Below the pieces are notes generated by a model that was not told the origin of the DNA, ran no database searches, and was given only the letters and a program-made list of their open reading frames with translations. The position numbers and the translations under genes were made by a program. 64,000 bases of DNA from Candidatus Latescibacterota bacterium (GTDB taxonomy: Bacteria > Latescibacterota > UBA2968 > GCA-2709665), in assembly GCA_965219455.1 (NCBI GenBank), contig OZ244744.1, forward strand, positions 1,056,001 through 1,120,000, in the 5' to 3' direction. Of the stretch, positions 1 through 9,742 are shown in pieces; positions within the stretch are counted from its first letter, which is position 1, and every line of letters starts with the position of its first letter.

Positions 1-2
1 GC

Positions 3-626
3 GGGCCGGGTTTCCTCTGGAACAAAAACGCCGAAAGGATTCCAGCGCATTGGCGGGTGACGCTCTCCGACTTCTCGCCAGGAATGGTCAGGGCCGCTAG
101 ACAGAGTCTATCGAGTTTCGACGCGTCCTTCGACTTCGTCGTGTTCGACGTCCAGGCGATCCCGTACATTGACAGCGAATTCGACGTTGTCATCGCGAAT
201 CACATGCTATATCACGTGCCGGACCGCGAGAAAGCGTACTCCGAGATCCGACGGGTGCTGAAACCCGGTGGATTTCTACACGCGGCTGCAAATGGGAAGG
301 ACGACAAGAGAAATATCTCCGAACTCGGGCCCAGGGTGAATCGGAATGCATTCCCTGACAAGGAGGAAAATTCCGACTGGTTCAACCTCGAAAGCGGCGG
401 GAAGGAACTTGAAGCATGGTTTTCCGACGTGAATGTACAGAAGTACGAAGACGCGCTATGCATCACGGAATCCGCGCCATTGGTCGCTTATTTCGCGTCG
501 TTTAAACGCCTCAGCGCTGGGGAGTTGTGCGAACTGCGGAAAATCGCGGACCGGGAGATCGCCGGCAAGGGCGCGATCCGTATCGTGAAACGACCGGGTC
601 TGTTCGTCGCCAGGAAGCGATCATGA
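3..626 (+). CDS. Class I SAM-dependent methyltransferase (5' end outside window)
   Basis: Frame is open from the window edge (GPGFLWNKNAERIPAHWRVTLSDFSPGM), followed by the Methyltransf_11-like motifs FDVVIANHMLYHVPD and RVLKPGG. Confidence 0.85.
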   Translation, partial: GPGFLWNKNAERIPAHWRVTLSDFSPGMVRAARQSLSSFDASFDFVVFDVQAIPYIDSEFDVVIANHMLYHVPDREKAYSEIRRVLKPGGFLHAAANGKDDKRNISELGPRVNRNAFPDKEENSDWFNLESGGKELEAWFSDVNVQKYEDALCITESAPLVAYFASFKRLSAGELCELRKIADREIAGKGAIRIVKRPGLFVARKRS

Positions 627-661
627 TTGCGCGAGCGGAGGGCGTCCGCTTCGACCTTGAA

Positions 662-851
662 AGGGTGGAGCAGACATTCCTGTCTGCTCACATACATCAA
701 GCCGAAACCTCGGAATCCTGTTTCAGGGCACGCCACGACTCACAGCTGTCTCCCCCGCTGGAAAAAGGGCGGCGCTATCTATCGGATCACCTTGTCTGCA
801 TTCAGGCAGAAAGACGATGAGAAGGGCAGACAGGAATGTCTGCCCCACCTT
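662..851 (+). repeat. REP-ended non-autonomous element (REPIN/MITE-like), copy 1
   Basis: Inverted ends GGTGGAGCAGACATTCCTGTCTGC (664-687) and GCAGACAGGAATGTCTGCCCCACC (826-849). The interior is homologous to 7619-7869. Confidence 0.8.
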
Positions 852-912
852 CGCATACGATCCGACAACAAAGGGCGCGTATCAAGGGGACGAGAGTAGG
901 GGGAGGAAAGCT

Positions 913-1722
913 ATGATCTACCACCTCAAGATCACCCTGATGAAAATTGAGCCGCCGATATGGAGACGTGTTGCCGTAGACGGCGAGTGCTCCCTGGGCG
1001 ACCTCCATTTGATACTTCAAATCGTAATGGGGTGGACCAACTCTCATCTGCACGAGTTTCGCATCGCAGACTCCCGCTACAGCGTGTGCGATCCGACGCT
1101 TTACGATTGGGGCGAGGACACGCTGGATGAAGAAGCATATACCGTGGAACAGGTTGTTCCATTCACCGGCGTCGAGTTTCTCTACGAATACGATCTTGGA
1201 GACAGTTGGGAACACCTGGTGAAAGTGAAAGCAATCAGTGAGCCATTACCCAGTGTATTTTATCCCACCTGTCTGGCGGGTGAGCGTTCGTGCCCACCTG
1301 AGGACGTGGGCGGAAACTCGGGATATGCGGAGTTCCTGGAGACCCTGGCGGACAACGATCACCCGGAACACGCCACGAATCTTGTGTGGATTGGCGGTAA
1401 TTTCGATCCCGAATACTTCCCTATCGATCTTGTCAATCGGTACCTGTCCCAATTTGGAAGCGGCGAATTCTTCAATCTCGTGCCTGGTGTTACCTATACG
1501 CGCAGGCAAGGACAATATCTGGCCTTTATCCATTACTACACCAGGGTAAACGGCATTCCGCCGGCCCAGGCCGATATTCAGCGCTACTTCGGCGTTACAG
1601 CTCCGTCCGTAAACAGCATGCTCAAGAGATTGGAAGCGCTGGGCTTCATCTCAAGGGTTGCACGTCGTCCGCGCTCCATCAGGCTTCTCCTGGACCAGGC
1701 GGACCTTCCGGAACTGGAATAG
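913..1722 (+). CDS. Plasmid pRiA4b ORF-3 family protein fused to a C-terminal LexA/MarR-like winged HTH
   Basis: Motifs IYHLKITL..PPIWRR, GWTNSHLHEF, YEYDLGDSWEH and CPPEDVGG. C-terminal YTRRQGQYLAFI...SVNSMLKRLE..GFI. GGGAGG RBS before ATG 913. Confidence 0.85.
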   Translation: MIYHLKITLMKIEPPIWRRVAVDGECSLGDLHLILQIVMGWTNSHLHEFRIADSRYSVCDPTLYDWGEDTLDEEAYTVEQVVPFTGVEFLYEYDLGDSWEHLVKVKAISEPLPSVFYPTCLAGERSCPPEDVGGNSGYAEFLETLADNDHPEHATNLVWIGGNFDPEYFPIDLVNRYLSQFGSGEFFNLVPGVTYTRRQGQYLAFIHYYTRVNGIPPAQADIQRYFGVTAPSVNSMLKRLEALGFISRVARRPRSIRLLLDQADLPELE

Positions 1723-1813
1723 AACGCTGGTGGTTGAAACATGAAGGGCCAATCCCTTAGCCCGAAGCCGCCCGGCCCCGCAACGCCTTTGCATAGTGTG
1801 CCCGGGATCGCAA

Positions 1814-1850
1814 CCCCTCTCCAGGCCCCTCCCCGACACGGGGAGGGAAG
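1814..1850 (+). repeat. CCCTCTCC...GGGGAGGG-type extragenic palindrome
   Basis: CCCTCCCCG ACA CGGGGAGGG hairpin; a related unit is inserted at ~7770-7812. Confidence 0.55.
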
Positions 1851-1862
1851 GTATAATTATCG

Positions 1863-2678
1863 ATGACGACTTTAAACAAGAAAGACGTCGAAGCCTTCCG
1901 GGAACTGGGATACCACGTAGCGCGCGGCGTATTTGGCCGGGATGAGATTACGCGTCTGCGCGAGGGCTACGACTATATCCTTGAACTGGCAGCGCGGAGG
2001 GATCTTCCGGATGAAATTCTCAAAGGCAGGCGGAACGATGTGCACGTTCACCTGCAAACCCCCGGACCGATGGCAGGGCCGAACGCCGTCCGGTACCTTC
2101 GCAAGGTCCAGTGGCCCGCTCTGATTCATCCGGCGTTCGAGGAGATCCGCAACAGTCCGAAGTTTCCAGCTCTGCTGGACCCGTTGATCGGAACGTCGTT
2201 AAAGCAGTTTATCAATCAGATCAACTTCAAGATGCCGGGCGGGAAGATCGAATTTCCGTGGCACCAGGACGTTCGTCCCACGCCCGCGTTTCGCGATCAG
2301 GTCAGCAACTACGTGCAGACTATTGTCGTGGTGGACGAGGCCAACGTAGCCAACGGGTGTCTGCACGTCGTCCCAGGGAGCCACAAGCTGGGCAACTTGA
2401 AAGCGAAACGGTACGCGAAAGGTGGCGTCGAAGCGCTGGTAGACGTTTCCTGTGCCGTGGCCTGCGAGGCCATGCCGGGAGACGTGCTGATGTTTACTTC
2501 ATACACGGTTCACGGCTCGTCGCCGAATGCGACGGACCGGCCGCGGCGGTCGTACATCAACGGATTCGTCCGGGCATCCTCGTGCGACGTGGGGAGATGG
2601 GCGTTTCTGGACGGGAGGCCCGTTCCCATTACGAGCGACTACGACTACCACGAGATACGGTTTAGCCTTGATTCGTAA
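1863..2678 (+). CDS. Phytanoyl-CoA dioxygenase (PhyH) family Fe(II)/2-oxoglutarate dioxygenase
   Basis: Motifs PWHQD, NGCLHVVPGSH, GDVLMF...HGSSPN and the following RRS. Confidence 0.9.
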   Translation: MTTLNKKDVEAFRELGYHVARGVFGRDEITRLREGYDYILELAARRDLPDEILKGRRNDVHVHLQTPGPMAGPNAVRYLRKVQWPALIHPAFEEIRNSPKFPALLDPLIGTSLKQFINQINFKMPGGKIEFPWHQDVRPTPAFRDQVSNYVQTIVVVDEANVANGCLHVVPGSHKLGNLKAKRYAKGGVEALVDVSCAVACEAMPGDVLMFTSYTVHGSSPNATDRPRRSYINGFVRASSCDVGRWAFLDGRPVPITSDYDYHEIRFSLDS

Positions 2679-2679
2679 T

Positions 2680-2937
2680 TAGTGTTGTTGAATTTCGGCG
2701 TATTGAAAACGAAGCAGAAATTCAAATAAGTCCATAATTTTCAATAGGAAAAGGCCTTCCATTTTGGTATGTTGGGAAGCGACAAACGACCCATTTCAAC
2801 CAAAACGAAAGGCCACGTACAGTGAGACGAAAGAAAGCGGATTTGCGGGCGCGTGTCAATTTCAATTTGAAGATGGAATTGATGGGTGAAGGCCTCACTT
2901 CCTATGGGGGTTTGGAACTGTTGATGCGATATTTGCA
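2680..2937 (+). mobile_element. Truncated, diverged 5' fragment of an IS1380-family element
   Basis: Aligns with the reverse complement of ~5667-5922 (shared TTTTCAATAGGAAAAGGCCTTCCATTTTGGTAT...GTGAGACGAAAGAAAGCGGATTTGC). Encodes MRRKKADLRARVNFNLKMELMGEGLTSYGGLELLMRYL and then breaks off. No terminal IR. Confidence 0.85.
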
Positions 2938-3568
2938 CCCCGACACGCGCGAGTGCGGGCCACACCGGCGACGAGGCGGACGCGCCAGTGACGGTCCGCC
3001 CGTGCGGGAGAAATCTCGTGCATGACAGTCAGGTGTGTATACTAAAACGGAAAAAGTAGATAAAAACGTAAGTATTACTAATTTATATGAGAATATACAT
3101 TAATAACTATCTGGCGGATCCCGCGCTTTACCCATATATTCCGAGTCATACGAAAAGGCGCTGTCGTTCAACGTTTATGGCTTAACCCGACATTCAGAAG
3201 GAAACCGTCGGTTCCCAGACCGGCCCCAGTCGAGAATCGATGGTTCTCGGGAAAGAAGCCGGGCGGCGATACGGTGTGTCGTTCCGCGTGTTGAGCCCGG
3301 GTGCGCCGGCATCTTGCCCGCGCAGGTCGGGGGCCTCCGTACGTTTCTGCGGCGCGTCGGCTACGGATTTCTGTCGAATTGAGGCTAGTGCTCAAGAAAC
3401 ACAATTCGTAAGCAGAGATCCACGAATAAGCGCCTGATAAATCTCCGTTCACCGAGGCCGCAGACGGCAGACCAATCAGCAGGGATGTAAGTTGGAAACC
3501 CTCGACTCAACTCTCGGCACAAAGCAGACTCAAGACCCACTTGGGAATTTAGTACATCGAGAAAAACC

Positions 3569-4383
3569 ATGATACCGTCATGCATTACAAGCGAGCACTT
3601 GGTCGAAGCGATTTGTCGTATCAGGCGTGAGGGTGTTCCACCGCGTAGGAAGGGGCGGTATTACTGCCTGGTTAAGGATGGCTGTCATTACCCGCCGAAG
3701 TACACCGTTGCATTGGCTCATCAGATAGCAACGGGTCGGTTTCTCCCTTCGTACGAATTCTCTGGCGGCGGTGAGTCCAATGGCTTTCTGAGTAAACGTG
3801 GCTTCGAAATAGCTGATTGCAATTGCGGAGGTGGTTATCGCGCCAAGACTCTCACTCGGCGTGCTAATCGAACCAGAAAGAGGAAGTTCGTGATACAGCA
3901 AGAACGTCACTCTGAGCATTGTCCTGACTGTAAGGCGCGGGTCCGCGAGCTTCTCGTACGAATCTACGGAAAATGCCTGGCGAACCACAGGTTTGACTGG
4001 CCAACTCATCTTTCCTCATACGCCGGAACGCAGATCTACTCGACACTGCGGGAACTCGCAGCAATTCTAGAGAAATACCGTGGCTTTGCCCTTAAGGATT
4101 TCGTGAAAACCGAAACGCTGGCCGCGTGCGACTTTTGGTTACCCGACCCCGGATTTATCCTGGAGTTCGATGAGCGACAACACTTCACGACGCCGCGAAA
4201 ACTGAACCTTCACGCGTACCCGGACGACCTGGCCTTGGGTTTTTCCGGAAAGCAATGGATCTCACACTGTGAACGCCACGATGCAAAGGACAACGATCCC
4301 CCATTTCGTGACGAACAACGGGCATGGTATGACGCATTGCGGGATCTCGTGCCGTCGATAGAGGGACTTCAGCCGACAGTTAG
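3569..4383 (+). pseudogene. 5' part of IS-interrupted gene: type IV restriction-like head domain plus Vsr/DUF559-like PD-(D/E)xK nuclease domain
   Basis: Motifs YPPKY...FSGG..SN.FL...GF, HCPDC and CDFWLPDPGFILEFDERQH. The apparent stop at 4399 lies inside the IS terminal repeat. Confidence 0.75.
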
Positions 4384-5936
4384 CCTCAATGTGAAATAAA
4401 TCAGGCGGCTTTCTGTAGTGCGTTGCAGATTTTGCGGTATTGTTTTTCGGTGTGCTTGTTGCGTTGGAGGCGCAGGGTAAGACACCCTTCGGGTCGTACG
4501 AGGTATCCGGCTCGGTTGATGAGCTCGAACCGGAGAGTACGTATGGATTTGAGCGGCCATCGGTTGGTATTTTTCAAGGTGCGATTGCGTTTTGTGAGTC
4601 CGGTTTCGATTTGGAAGTTGACCAGGAGGTTGTGCGCGAGAATGACGAACTGTTGCCAGGCACTATTGGCGTGGTAATCGTGTGTGGGGATGGTATCGAA
4701 GCTGAGTCCGGTCTTGAGTTCGCCGATGGCTTTCTCGTGCACGCCACGGCCTGACATGAAGCGGTAGAGCGCGCGCAACTTGAAGGGTAGATTGGTAGCC
4801 ACCGCACTGTATTCGAAGGTGCCGTCATCGGGATCGAACAGGTCCAGCTGGTAGTTCTTGCGGGTTTGATGCATCACGCGTTTTCGAAAGATGGCAATGT
4901 TGAGCGTGCGTTCCCACTTTTTGACCGTCAGCGTTGACGTGAAGCCGTCGACGCCCTTCTCGACGCGCTGCCAGTGGCTGCATTGAAGGATTTTGTGCTG
5001 TAAGTCCAGGCCTTGCCAGAAGGGCACCTTGATGGCATACGAGGCCTTGTTCTTGATGAGCGTGTTCACCACATCCTTATTGAAAAAGGCGCCATCCATG
5101 CGGAATCGCAGGGTGTAGGCGTGTCCCAAGGTCTCTTTGATCTGTGAAAACACGTCCTTTAGAAACCCGATGGAGGCACTGCCATCATTGACGTTGCCTG
5201 CCCGGTTGTGCACGCCCAGAAAATGACCGCTGTCGGCCAGGTAGGCGGTGATCGGATAGTAACTGGGGACTTTGCGATGATGCGGATTATACCCGCGGCG
5301 GGCACCGCCGACGCGTTTTCCGGTGCACAAGACGGTGCCGTCCACGTCGATCGTCAATTTTCGGGCGCGCAACAGGTTGATCTTATGGGCAACCACGTCG
5401 GCGTTGAGGGCTTTCAAGGCGTTGAGACCCTTGTCGGAAAACCGTCTCAGAAACGTACTCACGCTGCGGGGGGTCGGTAGATCCGTCAGACCGCAAAACC
5501 GCTGCAGCAGGGGATCTCCTTTCAAAAAATCCAGATGCCGCAACCGACGGCCGCCTACCCACAGCAAACCCAACAGAACACGGCACAGGCTCACCACACC
5601 GAAATCGCCGCCAAAGCCCACACTGCCCAGGTGACGGCGCAATTGCCTGTTCCAATGCACGTTTCGCAAATATCGCATCAACAGTTCCAAACCCGCATTC
5701 GAGGTGAGGCCTTCACCGGTGAATTCCATCTTCAAATTGTCGTTGACACGCACGTGCAAATCCGCTTTCTTTCGTCTCACTGTACGTGGCCTTTCGTTTT
5801 GGGTTAAAAGGGTCGTTTGTCGCTTCCCAATATACCAAAATGGAAGGCCTTTTCCTATTGAAAAATATAGACTTATTCGCATTTACGCTTAGTCTTCAAT
5901 ACCCCGGAATTCATCAACATTATTTTCACATTGAGG
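4384..5936 (-). mobile_element. IS1380-family insertion sequence, 1553 bp
   Basis: Terminal IRs CCTCAATGTGAAATAA (4384-4399) and TTATTTTCACATTGAGG (5920-5936). Target duplication TTAG at 4380-4383 and 5937-5940. Confidence 0.93.
4401..5780 (-). CDS. IS1380-family DDE transposase
   Basis: Motifs LTSNAGL, TIDVDGT, GYNPHHRKVPSYYP, FRMDGAF, RGVHEKAIGELK and AHNL. The GTG start at 5780 matches the start of the remnant copy at 2822. Confidence 0.92.
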   Translation of the reverse strand: MRRKKADLHVRVNDNLKMEFTGEGLTSNAGLELLMRYLRNVHWNRQLRRHLGSVGFGGDFGVVSLCRVLLGLLWVGGRRLRHLDFLKGDPLLQRFCGLTDLPTPRSVSTFLRRFSDKGLNALKALNADVVAHKINLLRARKLTIDVDGTVLCTGKRVGGARRGYNPHHRKVPSYYPITAYLADSGHFLGVHNRAGNVNDGSASIGFLKDVFSQIKETLGHAYTLRFRMDGAFFNKDVVNTLIKNKASYAIKVPFWQGLDLQHKILQCSHWQRVEKGVDGFTSTLTVKKWERTLNIAIFRKRVMHQTRKNYQLDLFDPDDGTFEYSAVATNLPFKLRALYRFMSGRGVHEKAIGELKTGLSFDTIPTHDYHANSAWQQFVILAHNLLVNFQIETGLTKRNRTLKNTNRWPLKSIRTLRFELINRAGYLVRPEGCLTLRLQRNKHTEKQYRKICNALQKAA

Positions 5937-5940
5937 TTAG

Positions 5941-7441
5941 ACTGTACGCCCGCGATATGGTCTGGTGCTTGCTTGACCCGGCCAGCAACAACGACCGGCA
6001 GCGATTCTCCGCCATTATCGGCCATTGCATGTCAGGTGGGAAGCGCGTCACGACTGGTCAATCGATGGCTAAAAGACATAACTCCGCTGCTCGAACGACT
6101 TCTGTACTGCGAGCGGCACTCGTGTTTCCTCGGGTAAACCATAGGGCGCTACTCGGAATCGTACCTCTTGGAGATAATGCCCAGAAGCCCGTCATACCCA
6201 CCCACGCATCCTTTGCAGGCGAAAGCGTAGACTTCGTTCTTTTTCCGGAAGGCTACATTCGCTCGTCCGACGTAAAACGCATCAAGTCTCTAATGGAACT
6301 CGCGGCGGACCTGGATGCGCCTTTGCTGGTCGGCGCGACCGACCATAGTGACGATTCGATCGGACGCACCCGCCAGATCCTTTTACGTATAGATCCTGAT
6401 GAAACAGTGTCACGTTTGTACACGAAACACTCCACAGAAAAGACCGTCGCCTTTGAATTTCAGGATTGGGAACCTCGCGTCGCACTTCCAACCTTCGAAC
6501 TGGTCGGCGTTCGGGCCGGTGCGACCATTTGCCACGACCAATATCTGGGTATGCTCCCCCGTTTTCTCGCTAGACGCGGCGCCCGGATATGGCTTAATCC
6601 AAGTTATGACAACGTCGTTGACATCAAATGGGCATCAATCCTTCGTCTAAGAGCGGTAGAAAATCGTTTCTTCTCTTTATGTACGCTGCACGACAGTAGG
6701 CAACGGCGTGCCCCAACTCACCCGTTTGCGTTTTCTCCCGATGGAAGAGAGCTCTCATCAAGGCAAGCGGGTATCAGGAAGTCGCGGCCGCTTTCTGAGT
6801 GCAAAGAGTCAGATTCAATCTATGTCGTGGAACTCGACATGCGGCTGCCTGAAGGAGGATTAGATTGGAATCGGGTTCCACGAGCAGATAACCTCTCGAC
6901 ATCAAGACCAAAGAAACCCCCTAACCCGAATGCAAAACAGCCTATCCGTGTTGGAATAGTCGACGAACAACCGGCTGTGTTAAGTCGATCTGGATGGCGC
7001 GCCGTTGAGGAGCCCGGGTGTGACGTGGAGACCGATCACGGCTCTGTATACGTGGGTGTTGTGCAAAATGAACAGATGCTCGATGCAGCCGAGTGTTTTC
7101 GCGTTATGGATCGAGCGAAACAGGCAAACTGTAAACCAATTATTTGGACTGTGTGGGGCGAACTTCCAGCGGATTCAGCGCGTCTCGCAACGCTGATGTT
7201 GGGCAGAACAATTGAATGCTGTGCGCCAATCCTGATTTCGGACCGTAACCGCATTCATGAACTGGTCGAGCTTTCCAATAGAAATAAAGTTCGCACTCGG
7301 AGGACGATTGAAGCATCAGGGGAAGCAATTGTGGACGTTGGATATGCGTGGGGTCTGGAAAGTGCCTTTAAGATGGTTTCCAAGCATCTCATTGGGACCA
7401 TGAAACACACGGCATTGGATCGATATAGAACGCTTACTTAA
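5941..7441 (+). pseudogene. 3' part of IS-interrupted gene: end of nuclease domain, carbon-nitrogen hydrolase (nitrilase) domain and unknown C-terminal domain
   Basis: Nitrilase E-K-C triad motifs FVLFPEGY, YTKHS, TICHD and RAVEN. In frame with 3569-4383 once the IS is removed. Confidence 0.8.
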
Positions 7442-7618
7442 CCTGAATAAGTCATTGAGAAGGTAGTTCCCCTACCCAAGTCATTGTATTATGGTGACGC
7501 AAGTAATGTTATAACAATGAGTTGAGATCAAACTACCGTGGACGTTCAAGATAATTATGACAGGGTCTATCTTGCAAGTCAATGCGGCAAGAATGTGAAA
7601 GGCGCCTTCGACGACTGG

Positions 7619-7869
7619 AAGGTGGAGCGGACATCCTTGTCTGCTCACATACATCAAACCGGAACCTCGGAATCCTGTGTCCGGACACACCACGACTCGC
7701 CGCCATCTCCTCCACTGGAAAAAGGACGGCGCAATCTATCGGATCACTTCTGTCTGCATTGCGGCAGAAGGACCTCTCCCCCCGGCCCCCTCTCCTGCGA
7801 GGAGAGGGGGAGTCGAACGAAGCGTTGCGTAAACACGAGAAGGGCAGACAGGAATGTCTGCCCCACCTT
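7619..7869 (+). repeat. REP-ended non-autonomous element, copy 2, with a nested second palindrome
   Basis: Same ends and interior as 662-851, plus an extra ~65 bp containing CCCCCTCTCCT GCG AGGAGAGGGGG. Confidence 0.8.
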
Positions 7870-8000
7870 CACACCCGCATCCTCAACGGCTCGACAAGCC
7901 TTTATGCTGGGGTGGCATTGATTGATTGGCGAACAAAGCAGCTAAACGTGACAATTGCGTGTATTAATCAGGCTTACCATCTCAGAAAACGGGCAGATCC

Positions 8001-8768
8001 ATGAAACCGAAAGATGAAAAAATGGATGGCCATGATTTGGGTCGTTTGACCCGGCGGCTGGAGGCGCTGAATTTCGAGGATGTGGAGATGGAGACGGCCG
8101 GATTCGTAGACGAATTTCCCATCTATTGTATCCGGTTGGGCGGTGACCCGCGCGGCAGGAAACGGGTGCTTCTCTCCGGCGGCGTCCACGGGGACGAACC
8201 GGCGGGGCCGGAGGCGGCTCTCGCCTTTCTGGAGCGGAACCCGGTGGATCTGCTCCGGCACTTTACGTTTCTCATTCTGCCGTGCGTCAATCCCTACGGA
8301 TACGTCCACAACAGGAGGGAAAACCGGGAGGGTGAAGATATCAACCGGTCTTTCTCGGAGGCCGGCGTTCGCGAGGGGGAAATTGCCAGGCGGATATTGA
8401 AGGGAAAGCGGTTCGACCTGTACGTGGACTTCCACGAAGACTGGGAAGCCACCGGATTCTATCTGTACGAGGGCCGACGCGATGAACGGTGGGCCGGTCC
8501 GGAAATCGTCCGCGAAGTCGAGAAGGTGGGCGCCATTGATCCCGACGGGGAAGAGGAAGAGAACGACCTCCCCGTCTCAAGGGGCGTCTACAAGGTCTCG
8601 CCGTCGTGGGGCACCGGCGGGATCGTCCCCTACGTATATCATTACCACGCGGATCACGTGCTCATCTTCGAGACGCCCACGGCATGGCCGATGGCACAGC
8701 GAACGGCTGCTCATCTCGCAGGCCTGGATACCGTTCTAAATTGGACCCTCGACAATCACGCCTGCTGA
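8001..8768 (+). CDS. M14 family metallocarboxypeptidase / succinylglutamate desuccinylase-like protein
   Basis: Zn-peptidase motifs GGVHGDEPAG, PCVNPYG, DINRSF, DFHED and FETP. Confidence 0.88.
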   Translation: MKPKDEKMDGHDLGRLTRRLEALNFEDVEMETAGFVDEFPIYCIRLGGDPRGRKRVLLSGGVHGDEPAGPEAALAFLERNPVDLLRHFTFLILPCVNPYGYVHNRRENREGEDINRSFSEAGVREGEIARRILKGKRFDLYVDFHEDWEATGFYLYEGRRDERWAGPEIVREVEKVGAIDPDGEEEENDLPVSRGVYKVSPSWGTGGIVPYVYHYHADHVLIFETPTAWPMAQRTAAHLAGLDTVLNWTLDNHAC

Positions 8769-8801
8769 TGCCGATCCCATGTATCTGTCCATGACTACCT
8801 C

Positions 8802-9521
8802 ATGACCAACCGTACACCCAGTTGGATCTTCTTCGATTGCTTCAATACGCTTCTGGACGACTTCGATGAAACCGGAGATGAGTCCGGCTTGAGCTCGATT
8901 GTCGACCTGCCGGTCCGGGAGGGTTACTTTGCCGCTCCCCGCGACTTCGTGAATGCGTATTCGCGTTGGCGGAGGCACCGATTGTCCGGCAACGACTCGA
9001 GGGAGGTCGAGCTTAAAGACCGACTGTCGGAGGTGCTTGCGGCTACCGAAAAGACCGTTGGAAATCCCGTTCACGGGCTCGTACAGGAAATGGTGGAAGC
9101 ATTCGAAAGGTCTTATCCGAAGCAGGTCCGGCCAACGCCAGGGGTCGAGGCGATGCTGGCGTCGTGGCGCGGTAACGTTCGAATGGGCGTCGTGTCGAAT
9201 TTCTACCTTTCAGGGTGGCCGGAACAACTGCTCGCCGACCACGGATTGTCGGACAACTTCGAGTTTGTCGTGGACAGCGCCAGATTGGGGTTCAGAAAGC
9301 CGGGCGCCGAAATCTATCGTGAGAGCCTCAGCCGCGCCGGGCTTTCCGCTGAACGCGCCGGTGACGTCCTGTTCATCGGGGATAGTCTTCAAAACGATGT
9401 CCTGGCCCCAAGATCGCTGGGCATAGCCGCCATATATTTCGATCGTTCGCGCGACCGGCCGATGGCGGGCCGGCAAACGTGGACGGACTCGATCACCCAC
9501 TGGGACGAGTTCCGGCCGTGA
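8802..9521 (+). CDS. HAD-superfamily hydrolase
   Basis: Motif I FFDCFNTL, motif II VVSN, RKP, and motif IV FIGDSLQND. Confidence 0.85.
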   Translation: MTNRTPSWIFFDCFNTLLDDFDETGDESGLSSIVDLPVREGYFAAPRDFVNAYSRWRRHRLSGNDSREVELKDRLSEVLAATEKTVGNPVHGLVQEMVEAFERSYPKQVRPTPGVEAMLASWRGNVRMGVVSNFYLSGWPEQLLADHGLSDNFEFVVDSARLGFRKPGAEIYRESLSRAGLSAERAGDVLFIGDSLQNDVLAPRSLGIAAIYFDRSRDRPMAGRQTWTDSITHWDEFRP

Positions 9522-9537
9522 CGATACCCTTCGCCGG

Positions 9538-9556
9538 CCCTTCGACAGGCTCAGGG
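9538..9556 (+). repeat. CCCTTCGACAGGCTCAGGG-type extragenic repeat
   Basis: An inverted relative GTTGAGCTTGTCGAAAC sits at 14116-14132 and a degenerate copy at ~14158-14175. Confidence 0.5.
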
Positions 9557-9742
9557 AGCGTCTCAGGGCAGAGCTTCGTGGCCACAGGTTTCATGTGCCG
9601 GTTCAGGGATGCATTGGAAATCGCATTCCGATGTCTTGCGCATGGAGTGGCTGTTCACTATATTGGTGAACGGATGTTCCCCCGACCACCGCGGCCCAAA
9701 CGTCTCATCCCGGCGTCGACAGACTCCGTATGAGGAACGCAC

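Noticed and set aside
5786-5940. N-terminal 52 aa of the 551-aa ORF 5786..7441
   Set aside because: Lies inside the IS1380 end; it is an artefactual in-frame extension of the interrupted gene.
7538-8004. ORFs 7538..7921 and 7582..8004 (also 527..820 and 627..899)
   Set aside because: Translations of the REP-ended repeat (GRQECLPH / ADRNVCPT are REP read-through), not genes.
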